Notes under the pieces: model-generated
The model's database searches: none
The model's input: only the letters and a program-made list of their open reading frames with translations
Told to the model about the DNA's origin: nothing
Position numbers and translations under genes: made by a program
In this document: piece by piece, positions 50,194 through 59,928 of the stretch
Position numbering within the stretch: position 1 is the first letter of the stretch
How the letters are laid out: every line of letters begins with the position of its first letter
Assembly: GCA_965231015.1 (NCBI GenBank)
Contig: OZ246408.1
Location: forward strand, 793,908-857,907
Source of the DNA: an uncultured Gammaproteobacteria bacterium
Lineage (GTDB): Bacteria > Patescibacteriota > Patescibacteriia > UBA9934 > CAZDDW01
Direction of reading: 5' to 3'
Length of the DNA: 64,000 bases

Positions 50194-51045
50194 CTAGGCG
50201 TCAGGGTCGGACGATATTTTTGTTTTGGTGTACTGCTCGTCCATCTGGGCGATGATCGAACGCACCAAACTCAACGTGCTGGGGTGGAACCGCAACCGGT
50301 TGTTCTGATACGAAAGATGGGCCCACCTGGGAAACTCTCGGTTGGTCGAGGCCTGAAGCTTGGATTCCAGTCTCCCACCTTGGTCAAGCAGGTGCGCTAT
50401 TGTGCCAATGTTCGAAATGGGGGCATCCGTTTTCATGGAATTGCCCATCAGCGACACGATCGGCAACATGGCACCGCCACGCACGGCCATCCAGAACTGG
50501 GGCAAGGGCTTGCGTACGCCGATCCATCCGGATGAGTACTTTCGATCGAAGTAGTGACCGATATTGAAGTGGTTCAGGATGTTGGTCATGCGACTGGAAC
50601 TCGAATTTGTGGTCAAGGCGATCACAAACTCATCCCGCAGGATCATCAACTCATCCAAAGCTTGCTTCGTGTCACTGGTCAATTGGAACCGATTGGGGTT
50701 AGTCCCGGTGAAGATTCGGTGCACTTCGTTGGCTCTTTCACGGGCGTCCTTCTTGCCCAATTGAGGAGCCAAGCACTTGCCAACCTTGAGATTGATCTGC
50801 ATCCAGAACGGGACCAACTGCTTGGTGACCGATCTCTCGTTCTCATCTCGACGAATGCGGTTGAGGTAGGCAGGAAGTTCTTGAATACGAGGGTCACTCA
50901 TGGAAACCTCGTACACTTCCGCGTACACGGACTTGGTTGCCCAGTCAGGATCTGTGACCCCTTCCGGTACCCTGAGTTCAACCAGGGTTTTGAACAGGTC
51001 GACGCACACCACGCCGACCCTGCCATTCCTTGCTGGAACAGGCAT
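50194..51045 (-). CDS. HAD-superfamily hydrolase-like protein
   Basis: CVDLFKTLV (motif I variant), TTNS, RKP, MGNSMKTD; GGAGG SD before ATG 51045. Confidence 0.7.
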   Translation of the reverse strand: MPVPARNGRVGVVCVDLFKTLVELRVPEGVTDPDWATKSVYAEVYEVSMSDPRIQELPAYLNRIRRDENERSVTKQLVPFWMQINLKVGKCLAPQLGKKDARERANEVHRIFTGTNPNRFQLTSDTKQALDELMILRDEFVIALTTNSSSSRMTNILNHFNIGHYFDRKYSSGWIGVRKPLPQFWMAVRGGAMLPIVSLMGNSMKTDAPISNIGTIAHLLDQGGRLESKLQASTNREFPRWAHLSYQNNRLRFHPSTLSLVRSIIAQMDEQYTKTKISSDPDA

Positions 51046-51182
51046 GGATACCTCCGGCGTAGTTTTGACAGTGCATCTTGCTGTTGGCCCCCGCTTTCCA
51101 GCCCGCACAAATGCGAGCAAAGCCTTTTACCAATTGTCTATTAACCTTCAATCTTTGAAAGTAAAAATAAAGAACCACTGTT

Positions 51183-51253
51183 TTTATACCAAAGCTAGCC
51201 AAAAAAGTCAATACATAGTACCTATTGACAAATTAGGTAAACTCGCCTTAAAT
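51183..51253. promoter_or_regulatory. back-to-back promoters of the two HAD genes
   Basis: Minus TTGACT-17-TATAAA (51211-51183); plus TTGACA-17-TTAAAT (51225-51253). Confidence 0.6.
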
Positions 51254-51300
51254 GAATAAATGGACCTTATACCAGAAACCCAAAGAAGGGGGGCGGCACA

Positions 51301-52140
51301 TTGCCCGGTATTCAAATAGTGCGGGTCAGTAGCGGAGAAGAAGCAGCAAAGATTATCCTAAGCTCGCCAGATAATTGCTTGATTACAAGACCGGGAACGG
51401 ATCTTAATCAGTTGTTCAGAGTTCTTGAATTCATGGCCGCTGACTTCGACGGCACGACAATCCAGGGTGGGAGCCTTTGGAAAAAAACAGACCGACGTCT
51501 TCCTGAACATATCCGGAATGAGGTCAAGGAACAGTTTGCTCGTTATCACGAGGAGCAAGAGACCACAAGCCTTGACGTACCCATGAATCTGTTTCGCCAC
51601 ATTCGTTTCGCAGTCGAAAAGTATGTGGAGGCCGGGTTTGCCAAAAGTGACCTGCATGAAATTGCTGAAGAACTGGAAATACGTCCCGGCTTTCGCAGGC
51701 TTCATGCCCTCATGGAAAAAACTTGTATTGTTTCGGTTGGGTTTGCCGAAACGATTCAACATCTGGTCGAGCACCGCCACTTGCCCTGCGAGGTGATGGG
51801 AACCATGATCGCTTTTGACGACAACGGGTGCGCTTGCGGGTATAAATCAAACCAGATCATGGTTGACACCACCAAGGGTCATGCTGTTCTGGAATTCATG
51901 CTCCGACGCACCAAGAGCATGCACTTCAGGAAACTGCTCGTTATTGGTGACACTATCAATGACCGAGCCATGATGTTCCCAGGTGCGGTCAACATCTTGC
52001 TGGTTGATCCAACAGGTAAAGTGTTGCCGAACCGAGGACCCGGCTACATCAACACCATGTGGGACAACCTGACCTGTATCCTCTACCACGACAATTTCGA
52101 ACCTTTGGTCGAGCTCATCGAAAACGCTCGCCACACGTGA
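51301..52140 (+). CDS. HAD-superfamily phosphatase-like protein
   Basis: AADFDGTT, RPGF, IVSVG, K, IGDTIND; TTG start with G-rich SD. Confidence 0.78.
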   Translation: MPGIQIVRVSSGEEAAKIILSSPDNCLITRPGTDLNQLFRVLEFMAADFDGTTIQGGSLWKKTDRRLPEHIRNEVKEQFARYHEEQETTSLDVPMNLFRHIRFAVEKYVEAGFAKSDLHEIAEELEIRPGFRRLHALMEKTCIVSVGFAETIQHLVEHRHLPCEVMGTMIAFDDNGCACGYKSNQIMVDTTKGHAVLEFMLRRTKSMHFRKLLVIGDTINDRAMMFPGAVNILLVDPTGKVLPNRGPGYINTMWDNLTCILYHDNFEPLVELIENARHT

Positions 52141-52202
52141 GACCTGCTCCAGGTCTCTTTTTCGTACAAAAAATCCCCTCGGATTAACGAGAGGGCTTTT
52201 GG

Positions 52203-52302
52203 CCTGCCAACCGAAGACAGACAGAGTCCCCCTTCGCTAAAGCTTCGGGGACAACCAACCTTCGACCATAATCATCAATCAATTACAGGCGAAGGTTGGT
52301 TG
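52203..52302 (-). repeat. nested REP-like elements at the 3' end of tRNA-fMet
   Basis: Outer CCAACCTTCG...CTTCGGTTGGCAGG; inner GTCCCCCTTCGCTAAAGCTTCGGGGAC (52226-52252); 13-bp inverted repeat 52252-52264/52290-52302. Confidence 0.7.
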
Positions 52303-52373
52303 CGGGAGCCGGATTTGAACCGGCGACCTTCGGGTTATGAGCCCGACGAGCTGCCTGACTGCTCTATCCCGCG
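52297..52373 (-). tRNA. initiator tRNA-fMet(CAT)
   Basis: C1:A72 mismatch, three G-C pairs in anticodon stem, CCA; promoter TTGACA-17-TAGACT at 52415-52387. Confidence 0.97.
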
Positions 52374-52421
52374 ATGTATGGTGCTTAGTCTAGCCAAACT
52401 TACCCAATCTGTCAAGGGTGG

Positions 52422-52456
52422 CCTGCCAGCCGTAGCTCCAACGGAGCGAAGGCTGG
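52422..52456 (-). repeat. REP-like element overlapping the CCA of tRNA-Leu
   Basis: CCAGCC-TTCGCT-ccgttgg-AGCTAC-GGCTGG-CAGG. Confidence 0.75.
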
Positions 52457-52540
52457 TGCCGGGAGAGGGACTCGAACCCTCACGGTATTGCTACCACGGG
52501 ATTTTGAGTCCCGCGCGTCTGCCAGTTCCGCCACCCCGGC
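52454..52540 (-). tRNA. tRNA-Leu(CAA)
   Basis: GCCGGGG/TCCCGGC acceptor stem, CT-CAA-AA loop, long variable arm, CCA. Confidence 0.97.
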
Positions 52541-52633
52541 TCTTGGTCATATTATGGTTTTGTGTGCGAAGATAATAGCACAGTCTTGCCAAATGATCAA
52601 GATTATGTTATATTTCAGCTCACAAAATAGCTT

Positions 52634-52710
52634 GGCGGGGTAGCTCAGTCGGTTAGAGCGTGGGACTCATAAGCCCGAGGTCGTGGGTTCGATCCCCACC
52701 CCCGCTACCA
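52634..52710 (+). tRNA. tRNA-Met(CAT), probably elongator
   Basis: GGCGGGG/CCCCGCT acceptor stem, CT-CAT-AA, CCA; A31:G39 mismatch; Ile2 not fully excluded. Confidence 0.9.
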
Positions 52711-52770
52711 CAAAAATGTCCACTGTATTAGTGGACGTTTTGTGTTTATAAGAGTATAATTTTTACTATT

Positions 52771-53235
52771 ATGACACTCACCACTCACGCCACGGTTGGA
52801 ACTCTGATCGGTTATTCCATCGGCGACCCGGTCGCCGGTTTTGTCTTAGGACTAATTTCTCACCTTCTTCTTGACATGATTCCACATGGGGACCATGACA
52901 TGAACATTAACTTCAGAGTCAATAAAACCCGCATGAAGCGGATTTTTGCTTACGGAACCGTTGACGCCATTGCTGCAATATTCCTGGTTTTGATTATTAT
53001 CAACTGGAAAGATCTGGTTCCAATTAATACCATATCCTGGGCTATTGCCGGATCAATTCTTCCTGACCTGTTAATTGGTTTACACGACCTAACCAAATGG
53101 AAGTGGTTGGATTCGTTCAACAAATTACATTTTTATTTCCATGATTTCTTTGTAAAAAAACGCGGTGATGTTCGCCTGCGCTATTCCCTGATCGGCCAAG
53201 CTCTCTTAATCATCTTTTTGATTAATCTGCTCTAA
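52771..53235 (+). CDS. putative membrane metal-dependent hydrolase (YdjM/DUF457-like)
   Basis: TTH..G, SHLLLDMIPHGD, LPD, His pair in hydrophobic context. Confidence 0.65.
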   Translation: MTLTTHATVGTLIGYSIGDPVAGFVLGLISHLLLDMIPHGDHDMNINFRVNKTRMKRIFAYGTVDAIAAIFLVLIIINWKDLVPINTISWAIAGSILPDLLIGLHDLTKWKWLDSFNKLHFYFHDFFVKKRGDVRLRYSLIGQALLIIFLINLL

Positions 53236-54387
53236 GGTTCGTTCAGCGGTTTGTTCCCAGTTAAATTGTTTGGCTCGCTCCAGTCCGGCTAGGGCGATTT
53301 TTTTATTGTACTCAAGATCGATTAACTGTTCGAGGTGGGTGGCAATTTCTTGAGGTTCATCTGGATTTGCATAAAGTACAACTTCACCCCCAACTTCCGG
53401 GATTGAAGTCATTCTGGAAGTTATTACCGGCACCCCAATTCCCATGGCTTCAAGCACCGGCAGACCAAAACCTTCATAATAAGACGGATAGATAAAGGCC
53501 AGGGTGTTGGCCATTAAGGCCCATTTTTCATCACTTGAAACGTACCCCACATAACGCACCACATCAGTTCCGGCGTGCTCCTGCCATTTTTTATTAACCT
53601 TATCAATGGCAGCAAAAATTTTATCATGTTTCCATCCCATTTTCCCTGCTACCACCAAACGCAGATCCTTGGCTCGAGATGGGAAGCGATCTAAAAAATG
53701 ATCAAAACCAAGCACTGTGCCTTGAATATTTTTCCGCGGCTCCAAAGTACACAGGGTCAAATAATACTGTCCGGGCACACCCCACTTGTCCCGCATTTTT
53801 TCTGTCAATTCATGACGACAATCAAAGTGTCGCTCGGCTCCATGAAGAACAATGGCTGTTTTTTGTTCTGAACCAGGAAAAAATTTAGCTAAATCTTCTT
53901 TAGTAGCTTCACTTGGAACAATGATCCGATCCGCCTTGCTAATTTGGCGAGGCAGGAGCAATCGAGTAGAAATCATCCGACGATGCCAAGAAGAAGGAAA
54001 CCATTCCGGGTGAGCTAGAATTGCCAGGTCGTGGACAAAAATTACGGTCCGACCTTTATAACAAAGCGGTAACTCGTGGGTTGGAACAAATAATACATCA
54101 GGACGAACTCGGGCAATGGTTCTACCAATCAGGGCATGAGAGTAAACGAATGGCAAAAACTTTTTACATTTCAAACAAGGAAAATATTTTATTCGAACCC
54201 CTACTCGCGAACCAATTAACTCGTCAATCACTCCATGCGGAACTCCTCTATTTAAAAACAGAACATAATCGTTCTGCTGGTCTATGGCCAAGAGACCTTT
54301 AACAATCTCGAAAGTATAGTGTCCCACTCCGGCAGCCTCACCGGACGCGGGATTAAGAATACTTCGACAATCAATGGCAATTTTCAT
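53206..54387 (-). CDS. GT4 (group 1) glycosyltransferase
   Basis: MKIAID, HDL, PSEATK, EPRKN, YPSYYEGFGLPVLEAM. Confidence 0.95.
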   Translation of the reverse strand: MKIAIDCRSILNPASGEAAGVGHYTFEIVKGLLAIDQQNDYVLFLNRGVPHGVIDELIGSRVGVRIKYFPCLKCKKFLPFVYSHALIGRTIARVRPDVLFVPTHELPLCYKGRTVIFVHDLAILAHPEWFPSSWHRRMISTRLLLPRQISKADRIIVPSEATKEDLAKFFPGSEQKTAIVLHGAERHFDCRHELTEKMRDKWGVPGQYYLTLCTLEPRKNIQGTVLGFDHFLDRFPSRAKDLRLVVAGKMGWKHDKIFAAIDKVNKKWQEHAGTDVVRYVGYVSSDEKWALMANTLAFIYPSYYEGFGLPVLEAMGIGVPVITSRMTSIPEVGGEVVLYANPDEPQEIATHLEQLIDLEYNKKIALAGLERAKQFNWEQTAERTLEQINQKDD

Positions 54388-54388
54388 A

Positions 54389-54889
54389 TTATTTCATGCT
54401 TCCGATGACCCCTTCTGCACCAAGCGTTAAGGATAAGACAATAATCCCGGCCACCACCATGCCACCAAGAATGGCTGGCAGTGATTTTTTCGGGTCAATA
54501 TTAAAAACCACGGAAGCTACACTGGCCGTCCATACTCCGGTCAAAGGAAAAGGGACAGCGGTTAACAAAAACAGGGCAACCAATCCATATTTTTCATACT
54601 TTCCTCTGGTTACTCGATCCGTTCTTTTTTCCACCCGAGTGATTATTCGATGCGCCCACCGCCAGTGCCGATCAGCCCAATTACGCCCCCAATCCAAGCC
54701 ATACACAATCATCAAGGCCGGTATTGCGTTACCAAGACAAGAAACAAAAAAGGACTGCAAGGGTCGCAAACCAAATACCTCAATACCCACCGGAAGAGCC
54801 AGCCGCAACTCCCCTACCGGAATCATAGCCAAAAGACCGGTAGCTAAATCAGGTGGAAACTGAGCAATGAAATTTATTAAATTATTCAT
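54389..54889 (-). CDS. COG2426 / small multi-drug export-type membrane protein
   Basis: MIPVGELRLALP, VPFPLTGVWT. Confidence 0.88.
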   Translation of the reverse strand: MNNLINFIAQFPPDLATGLLAMIPVGELRLALPVGIEVFGLRPLQSFFVSCLGNAIPALMIVYGLDWGRNWADRHWRWAHRIITRVEKRTDRVTRGKYEKYGLVALFLLTAVPFPLTGVWTASVASVVFNIDPKKSLPAILGGMVVAGIIVLSLTLGAEGVIGSMK

Positions 54890-55869
54890 AATTCATCCGG
54901 CCAAACATAAGTGTCATAGGCCCAAACAGCCAATCCTTTTACTTCTGCAAAACGAGACTCCAGACTGTCTGAGCCTAAAACAATCACATACAAATCATGC
55001 TTACTATTTTCTTGCACTCGAACAGCCAAACAATATCCGGCCGCCGGTAAATATCCGGTTTTGCCTCCGATGATTTTATACGGTTCTTCGTTAAGGAAAC
55101 TGGTGAGTAAATCGTCCGTGGTCGGAATAGTATAGTTGCGACCCGAGGTTGAGGTGAATTGAATTTCAGGCTTTGTAACTGCTCCATAAATTTCCGGCTC
55201 TTCAAGAACCGCTTCTAATAAACGGATAATATCGTGGGTGTTTGATCGATTGTCTTGACTTAGGCCGGTTGGGTCAGCAAAAGCTGATTCAGTCATCCCT
55301 AATTCCCCGGCCTTGTTGTTCATACCGGCCACAAAATCATCAAGGGAAAGACCGGTCAGGCGCACTAAAGCCATGGTGGCCGAATTATCCGAACCAATCA
55401 GACTCGCGTGCAATAAATCTCGCACCTTCACCTCATCGTTGATCACTAAGTAATCATGCCCACCAAGTCGAACATCGATGTCACGCACCGCTGCTTCAGC
55501 CTCAAGATCAAGCCCATTTTGCAAGGCAACATAGGCGGTCATTAATTTTGTAATACTGCCAATGGAGCGCACCTGCAGTGGATCTTTGGCGTAGAGTGTG
55601 GTCCCACTAGCCTTGTCAAACACAATAGCACTTTGTGCTGAAGTTACTATTCCTAAACTATTCATGCGTGTCTTGGTCGGAGCCACCGCAGTAATTTCGT
55701 GTACCGGAAGCTCATTATCAAGAACATGCCGGGTCAACTCAATCGATGATGGCACCCGTCCTCCGGCTATCGGTAATCCTGCATTTGCCTCAATTTGAGT
55801 AGCATCAACCGGCATGAAGTTTACCATGCTGGCCGTAAGAACAATTTGTAACAAAGCGCGGTAAATCAT
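54886..55869 (-). CDS. D-alanyl-D-alanine carboxypeptidase/endopeptidase (peptidase S11)
   Basis: SITK (SxxK), SDN, DPTGL, KTG. Confidence 0.92.
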   Translation of the reverse strand: MIYRALLQIVLTASMVNFMPVDATQIEANAGLPIAGGRVPSSIELTRHVLDNELPVHEITAVAPTKTRMNSLGIVTSAQSAIVFDKASGTTLYAKDPLQVRSIGSITKLMTAYVALQNGLDLEAEAAVRDIDVRLGGHDYLVINDEVKVRDLLHASLIGSDNSATMALVRLTGLSLDDFVAGMNNKAGELGMTESAFADPTGLSQDNRSNTHDIIRLLEAVLEEPEIYGAVTKPEIQFTSTSGRNYTIPTTDDLLTSFLNEEPYKIIGGKTGYLPAAGYCLAVRVQENSKHDLYVIVLGSDSLESRFAEVKGLAVWAYDTYVWPDEL

Positions 55870-55871
55870 AA

Positions 55872-56411
55872 TTATTCGGTTCCGTCCAAAACCTGTTCAA
55901 GGCTTTCATGGACTGATAATTCTTCAAAGTCCGGCAACTCCTCAACTGAACCAAGTCCCAGATGCCGAATAAAATCATTGGTAAGGGTATAGACCGGTTG
56001 AAGACGGGTGGCATCATCTCGCTGTTCAATAAGTCCTCTCATTAATAAATTACGGATTATCACAGAACAATTAATTCCGCGGATCTGTTCAATCTCGGGT
56101 TTGGTGATTGGCCCTCGGTAAGCAATAATAGTCAGGGTCTCAAGCGACGGTCTAGTCAGCTCGCCGGTTACCTCTTCTTTGGTCAGGCTTTCAGCCAGAT
56201 CACCATACTTCGAATTGCTAACCAGCTGATACTTGTTTTCGTTAACAATCAAACCTAGTCCGGATTCATCTTTTGTGTAACGTGCGGTCAATTGCTCAAG
56301 AGCCTGTTTCACTTCATCTGTTTCGGCTTCTACCAGTTTGGCCAGCTTATTAAGATCAATTGGCCGGGTTGCTAAAAATAAAACGGTTTCAATTTTTCCA
56401 ATCAGGGACAT
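55872..56411 (-). CDS. scpB: SMC-Scp complex subunit ScpB
   Basis: LETLTIIAYRGPITKPEIEQIRG, LGSVEELP. Confidence 0.96.
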   Translation of the reverse strand: MSLIGKIETVLFLATRPIDLNKLAKLVEAETDEVKQALEQLTARYTKDESGLGLIVNENKYQLVSNSKYGDLAESLTKEEVTGELTRPSLETLTIIAYRGPITKPEIEQIRGINCSVIIRNLLMRGLIEQRDDATRLQPVYTLTNDFIRHLGLGSVEELPDFEELSVHESLEQVLDGTE

Positions 56412-56412
56412 A

Positions 56413-57105
56413 TTATTCAACTCGTTTAATGGTAATGTCAGAAAAAGCATCGCTTTGCGCCACAGATATCACGCGTTGCTTCATCAATTCAAGTAAAGCC
56501 AAAAAATTCACCACCACGTCAACTTTATTTCCACCACTAGAAATCTCGCTAAAGCTCAGGTGGGCCCGATTGATGAGCACGTCATGAATGTTGCGAATCC
56601 GATCCTGAACCGAAACCACCTTGCGCATACTGGCTTCCTTGAGCGCCAAAAACGGTTCTAATCGTTTAATGACCGAGCGCATGGCTTCGGAAAAAGCACT
56701 TGCCTCTAATTTTTGTGGTGGGGCAAATTCAGTCTTGGCTACCTTCAACGGCTTTGAACGAGCAAAACTGACTTCTTTATTTTGATATACAGCGTATAGT
56801 TTAGCCGAAGCCTCGACAAATTTGCGGTACATCTTAAGCTGTTCAGCCAAATTCCCTTCTTCCTCTTCTTCAAAATCTACGTCCGGTAAAATCGCTTTGG
56901 ACTTTATATAAAGAAGACGCGAGGCTACCACTAAAAAATCTGCCAACTCTTCCGGAGGCACCTCCTGAGCGTTCACGTACTCCAAATAATCGTCCGCTAC
57001 ACGCGCAAGTGAGACTTCCGTAATGGACAGCTCCTCGGCTTCGATCAACTCGAGCAATAAGTGAAGCGGGCCGGAAAAAGCTTCTGATTTGAATTCAAAC
57101 CCCAT
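56413..57105 (-). CDS. scpA: segregation/condensation protein ScpA
   Basis: FSGPLHLLLELI, LLYIKSKAILP, FLALLEL. Confidence 0.96.
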   Translation of the reverse strand: MGFEFKSEAFSGPLHLLLELIEAEELSITEVSLARVADDYLEYVNAQEVPPEELADFLVVASRLLYIKSKAILPDVDFEEEEEGNLAEQLKMYRKFVEASAKLYAVYQNKEVSFARSKPLKVAKTEFAPPQKLEASAFSEAMRSVIKRLEPFLALKEASMRKVVSVQDRIRNIHDVLINRAHLSFSEISSGGNKVDVVVNFLALLELMKQRVISVAQSDAFSDITIKRVE

Positions 57106-57113
57106 GGTTTACT

Positions 57114-58514
57114 TTATCCTTTATCCTTTATTACTTGAATGTGAACTTCTGATAATTGATCTTCATCAAGCTCGGTCGGCGCTCCGGTCATTGATTCCAC
57201 TCCTTCACTATTCTTTGGAAAAGCCATTACTTCGCGAATGTTGTCTTCCCCTTCCAAGATCATAAGCAAGCGATCAACCCCCGGAGCCAGCCCACCGTGT
57301 GGTGGGGCGCCATACTTGAACGCCTCAAGCATGTGACCAAACTTTTCTTCAACCACGTCCTTACCGTATCCAGCAATCTCGAACGCCTTGTACATAATTT
57401 CCGGATCATGATTACGGATTGCCCCTGAACACATTTCGTATCCATTACAAACCATGTCGAACTGATTAGCCAAGATACTAAACGGGTCAGCCGAGTTCAA
57501 GGCTTCCATACCGCCTTGTGGCATGGAAAACGGATTGTGTCCAAAATCAACTTTCCCATCATCGTCTTTTTCATAAAATGGAAAGTCTACAATCCAAGCA
57601 AAAGCCAGTTCATTTGGATCATTTTTATCATTACGCAGATCCGGTTTGTCAGTTCCGTACTTTTCCATGGCTTCCTTGTACGGAATACTCGGCCATGGAC
57701 TTTCAGTAATAGTTTTTTCAGGATAGAGCTCGTTCACCATTTTAGTAACCATCTGTTCTGTGAATTCTAGCAACTGGTCTTGGTCAACAAACGACATTTC
57801 CATGTCGAGCTGGGTGTGTTCCGGCTGTCTGTCCCCGCGAGCATCTTCATCACGCAAACAGCGTGCCACTTGAAAATACTTTTCCATTCCGGCCACCATT
57901 AATAACTGCTTGTACTGTTGTGGAGCCTGTGGCAAAGCATAAAACTTTCCCGGGTGCATGCGCGACGGTACAACATAGTCGCGAGCTCCTTCAGGAGAAC
58001 TAACCGTCAAGAGCGGAGTTTCGATCTCAATAAAGTCCTGTTCGTGCAAATAATTTCGGAACCAGTGGACCAATCGATCACGCTGACGGATATTTTTGTT
58101 CATGCGCTCGGTGCGTAGATCTAGATATCGATGTTTCAGGCGAAGTTCTTCATTCACTGGCTTAGAATCTTTATCAATCTCAAACGGTGGAGTTTCACAC
58201 TTCCCCAAAATTTCAATAGATTTAGCCAAAATTTCAACGTTTCCAGTGGCCATGTCCGGGTTCTTTTGCTTTTCTCCACGCTCTTGGACAACACCCGTGA
58301 TTCCGAGCACAAACTCAGGACGAATCTCATCTACGAGTTCCTTGGACGCATCGTCCAATTCATTTGGCACCACCACGACCTGCACAATTCCGGTACGGTC
58401 GCGCATGTCCAAAAACACGATCTTACCCATGTTACGGCGGGCGTTCACCCAACCATCAATGGTCACGGTTTCGTTAATCAACTTTGAGGTTTCAACGTTT
58501 AGATTACGAGACAT
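57114..58514 (-). CDS. aspS: aspartate--tRNA ligase (bacterial type, GAD insertion absent)
   Basis: RYLDLR, PEGARDY, ALPQAPQ, YGTDKPDLR, GAPPHGG; 466 aa. Confidence 0.95.
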   Translation of the reverse strand: MSRNLNVETSKLINETVTIDGWVNARRNMGKIVFLDMRDRTGIVQVVVVPNELDDASKELVDEIRPEFVLGITGVVQERGEKQKNPDMATGNVEILAKSIEILGKCETPPFEIDKDSKPVNEELRLKHRYLDLRTERMNKNIRQRDRLVHWFRNYLHEQDFIEIETPLLTVSSPEGARDYVVPSRMHPGKFYALPQAPQQYKQLLMVAGMEKYFQVARCLRDEDARGDRQPEHTQLDMEMSFVDQDQLLEFTEQMVTKMVNELYPEKTITESPWPSIPYKEAMEKYGTDKPDLRNDKNDPNELAFAWIVDFPFYEKDDDGKVDFGHNPFSMPQGGMEALNSADPFSILANQFDMVCNGYEMCSGAIRNHDPEIMYKAFEIAGYGKDVVEEKFGHMLEAFKYGAPPHGGLAPGVDRLLMILEGEDNIREVMAFPKNSEGVESMTGAPTELDEDQLSEVHIQVIKDKG

Positions 58515-58515
58515 A

Positions 58516-59805
58516 TTACGGTCTGATTCTGTTTATTAATCGTGGGAACGGGATTGTTTCGCGCACATGCTCTATGCCCGAGATCCAGGTTATGATCCGT
58601 TCTAAGCCGTAACCAAATCCCGAGTGCGGAACCGAGCCATACTTGCGTAGATCCAAGTACCACTTAAAGTCACCTACCGGCAAGTTATGTTCCTTGATAC
58701 GCTCGAGCAGAGTATCGTAATCGTCTTCACGTTGACTGCCGCCGATTATTTCGCCGTATCCTTCGGGTGCCAGTAAATCAGCGCAAAGCGCACGTGACGG
58801 ATCAGCCGGATCACGCTTCATATAAAAAGCCTTTACCTCGGCCGGATACTTTTCAATAAAAATCGGTTTATCAAATTCTTTAGTCAACCTTGTTTCATCG
58901 TCTGCACCCAGGTCATCGTTTTCTTTTATATCTGAACCAAGCTCATGCAACTTGGCCACTGCTTCGGCATGGGTCATACGCACAAACGGAGCTTGAACTT
59001 TTTTCAAAGCTTCGATATCTCGATCAAGAATCTTTAACTCTGGTTCATTGATCTCGAGAACCTTGGCCACGATGTGACAGATCAGTTCTTCCTGAATCTT
59101 TATGTTTTCATCATGTTCAACAAAAGCGGTTTCAACATCCATCATCCAAAACTCAGTTAAATGTCGGCGAGTCTTAGATTTTTCAGCCCGGAACACCGGA
59201 CCAAAATCAAAACATTTTCCAAAACTCATAATCGCGGCCTCGAGATACAGTTGACCGGATTGTGAGAGATAGGCGTTGCCTTCGTCAAAATACTCGAGTC
59301 CAAAAAGTTCAGTTGTTCCCTCGCAAGCTGATGGAGTAAGAATTGGTGAGTCGATCTTTATATAACCGTTGTTATTCAAGTACTCATAGGTTGCGTTGAT
59401 AACGGTGTTGCGAATCCGCTGAATTGCCCACTGCTTTTTACTACGCAACCAAAGATGCCGGTTCTCTAACAAGAAATCCGGACCGTGTTCTTTTTTGCTG
59501 ATCGGATAGTCGTCTGTAGCAAGTTGAACGATCTCAATTCCTGTACCATCAAGTTCAACACCGGACGGAGCTCGCGGTTCTTCTTTAACCGTTCCTTCAA
59601 CGATTACAGATGATTCGTTCCTGAGACTTTGCAGTGCTTCCCACTTCTCTGGACTCACGGAATCTTTGGTGTAAACAACCTGAACCCGGCCGCTTCCATC
59701 ACGGAATTGCAAAAAGAAAATCTTCCCGCTGGAACGGAAATTATAGACCCACCCTTTCAGGGTGACTTTTTGGCTAATTTTAGCGCTAATTTCTGATACA
59801 TTCAT
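58516..59805 (-). CDS. asnS: asparagine--tRNA ligase
   Basis: RHLWLRS, LSQSGQLY, FRAEKSKTRRHLTEFWM, GEIIGGSQRE, YGSVPHSGFG. Confidence 0.97.
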   Translation of the reverse strand: MNVSEISAKISQKVTLKGWVYNFRSSGKIFFLQFRDGSGRVQVVYTKDSVSPEKWEALQSLRNESSVIVEGTVKEEPRAPSGVELDGTGIEIVQLATDDYPISKKEHGPDFLLENRHLWLRSKKQWAIQRIRNTVINATYEYLNNNGYIKIDSPILTPSACEGTTELFGLEYFDEGNAYLSQSGQLYLEAAIMSFGKCFDFGPVFRAEKSKTRRHLTEFWMMDVETAFVEHDENIKIQEELICHIVAKVLEINEPELKILDRDIEALKKVQAPFVRMTHAEAVAKLHELGSDIKENDDLGADDETRLTKEFDKPIFIEKYPAEVKAFYMKRDPADPSRALCADLLAPEGYGEIIGGSQREDDYDTLLERIKEHNLPVGDFKWYLDLRKYGSVPHSGFGYGLERIITWISGIEHVRETIPFPRLINRIRP

Positions 59806-59825
59806 AAACAATAACTAGCGCTATT

Positions 59826-59853
59826 TTAGCTTATTTTAGAGGGATTTGCAAAT
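59826..59853 (-). promoter_or_regulatory. asnS promoter; first copy of a 28-bp direct repeat
   Basis: TTGCAA-17-TAAAAT; 27/28 identical to 61525-61552. Confidence 0.7.
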
Positions 59854-59928
59854 CCACTTACCAACAGATCAAGCTCTTCCAAAATTAGGCCTAATGTCCT
59901 ATAATGACTACGATAAGATAAAAGAACT

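Noticed and set aside
52661-52677. A31:G39 mismatch in tRNA-Met anticodon stem as a sign of a pseudo-tRNA
   Set aside because: The rest of the cloverleaf, promoter and terminator are intact, and I recall the same mismatch in other bacterial elongator Met tRNAs
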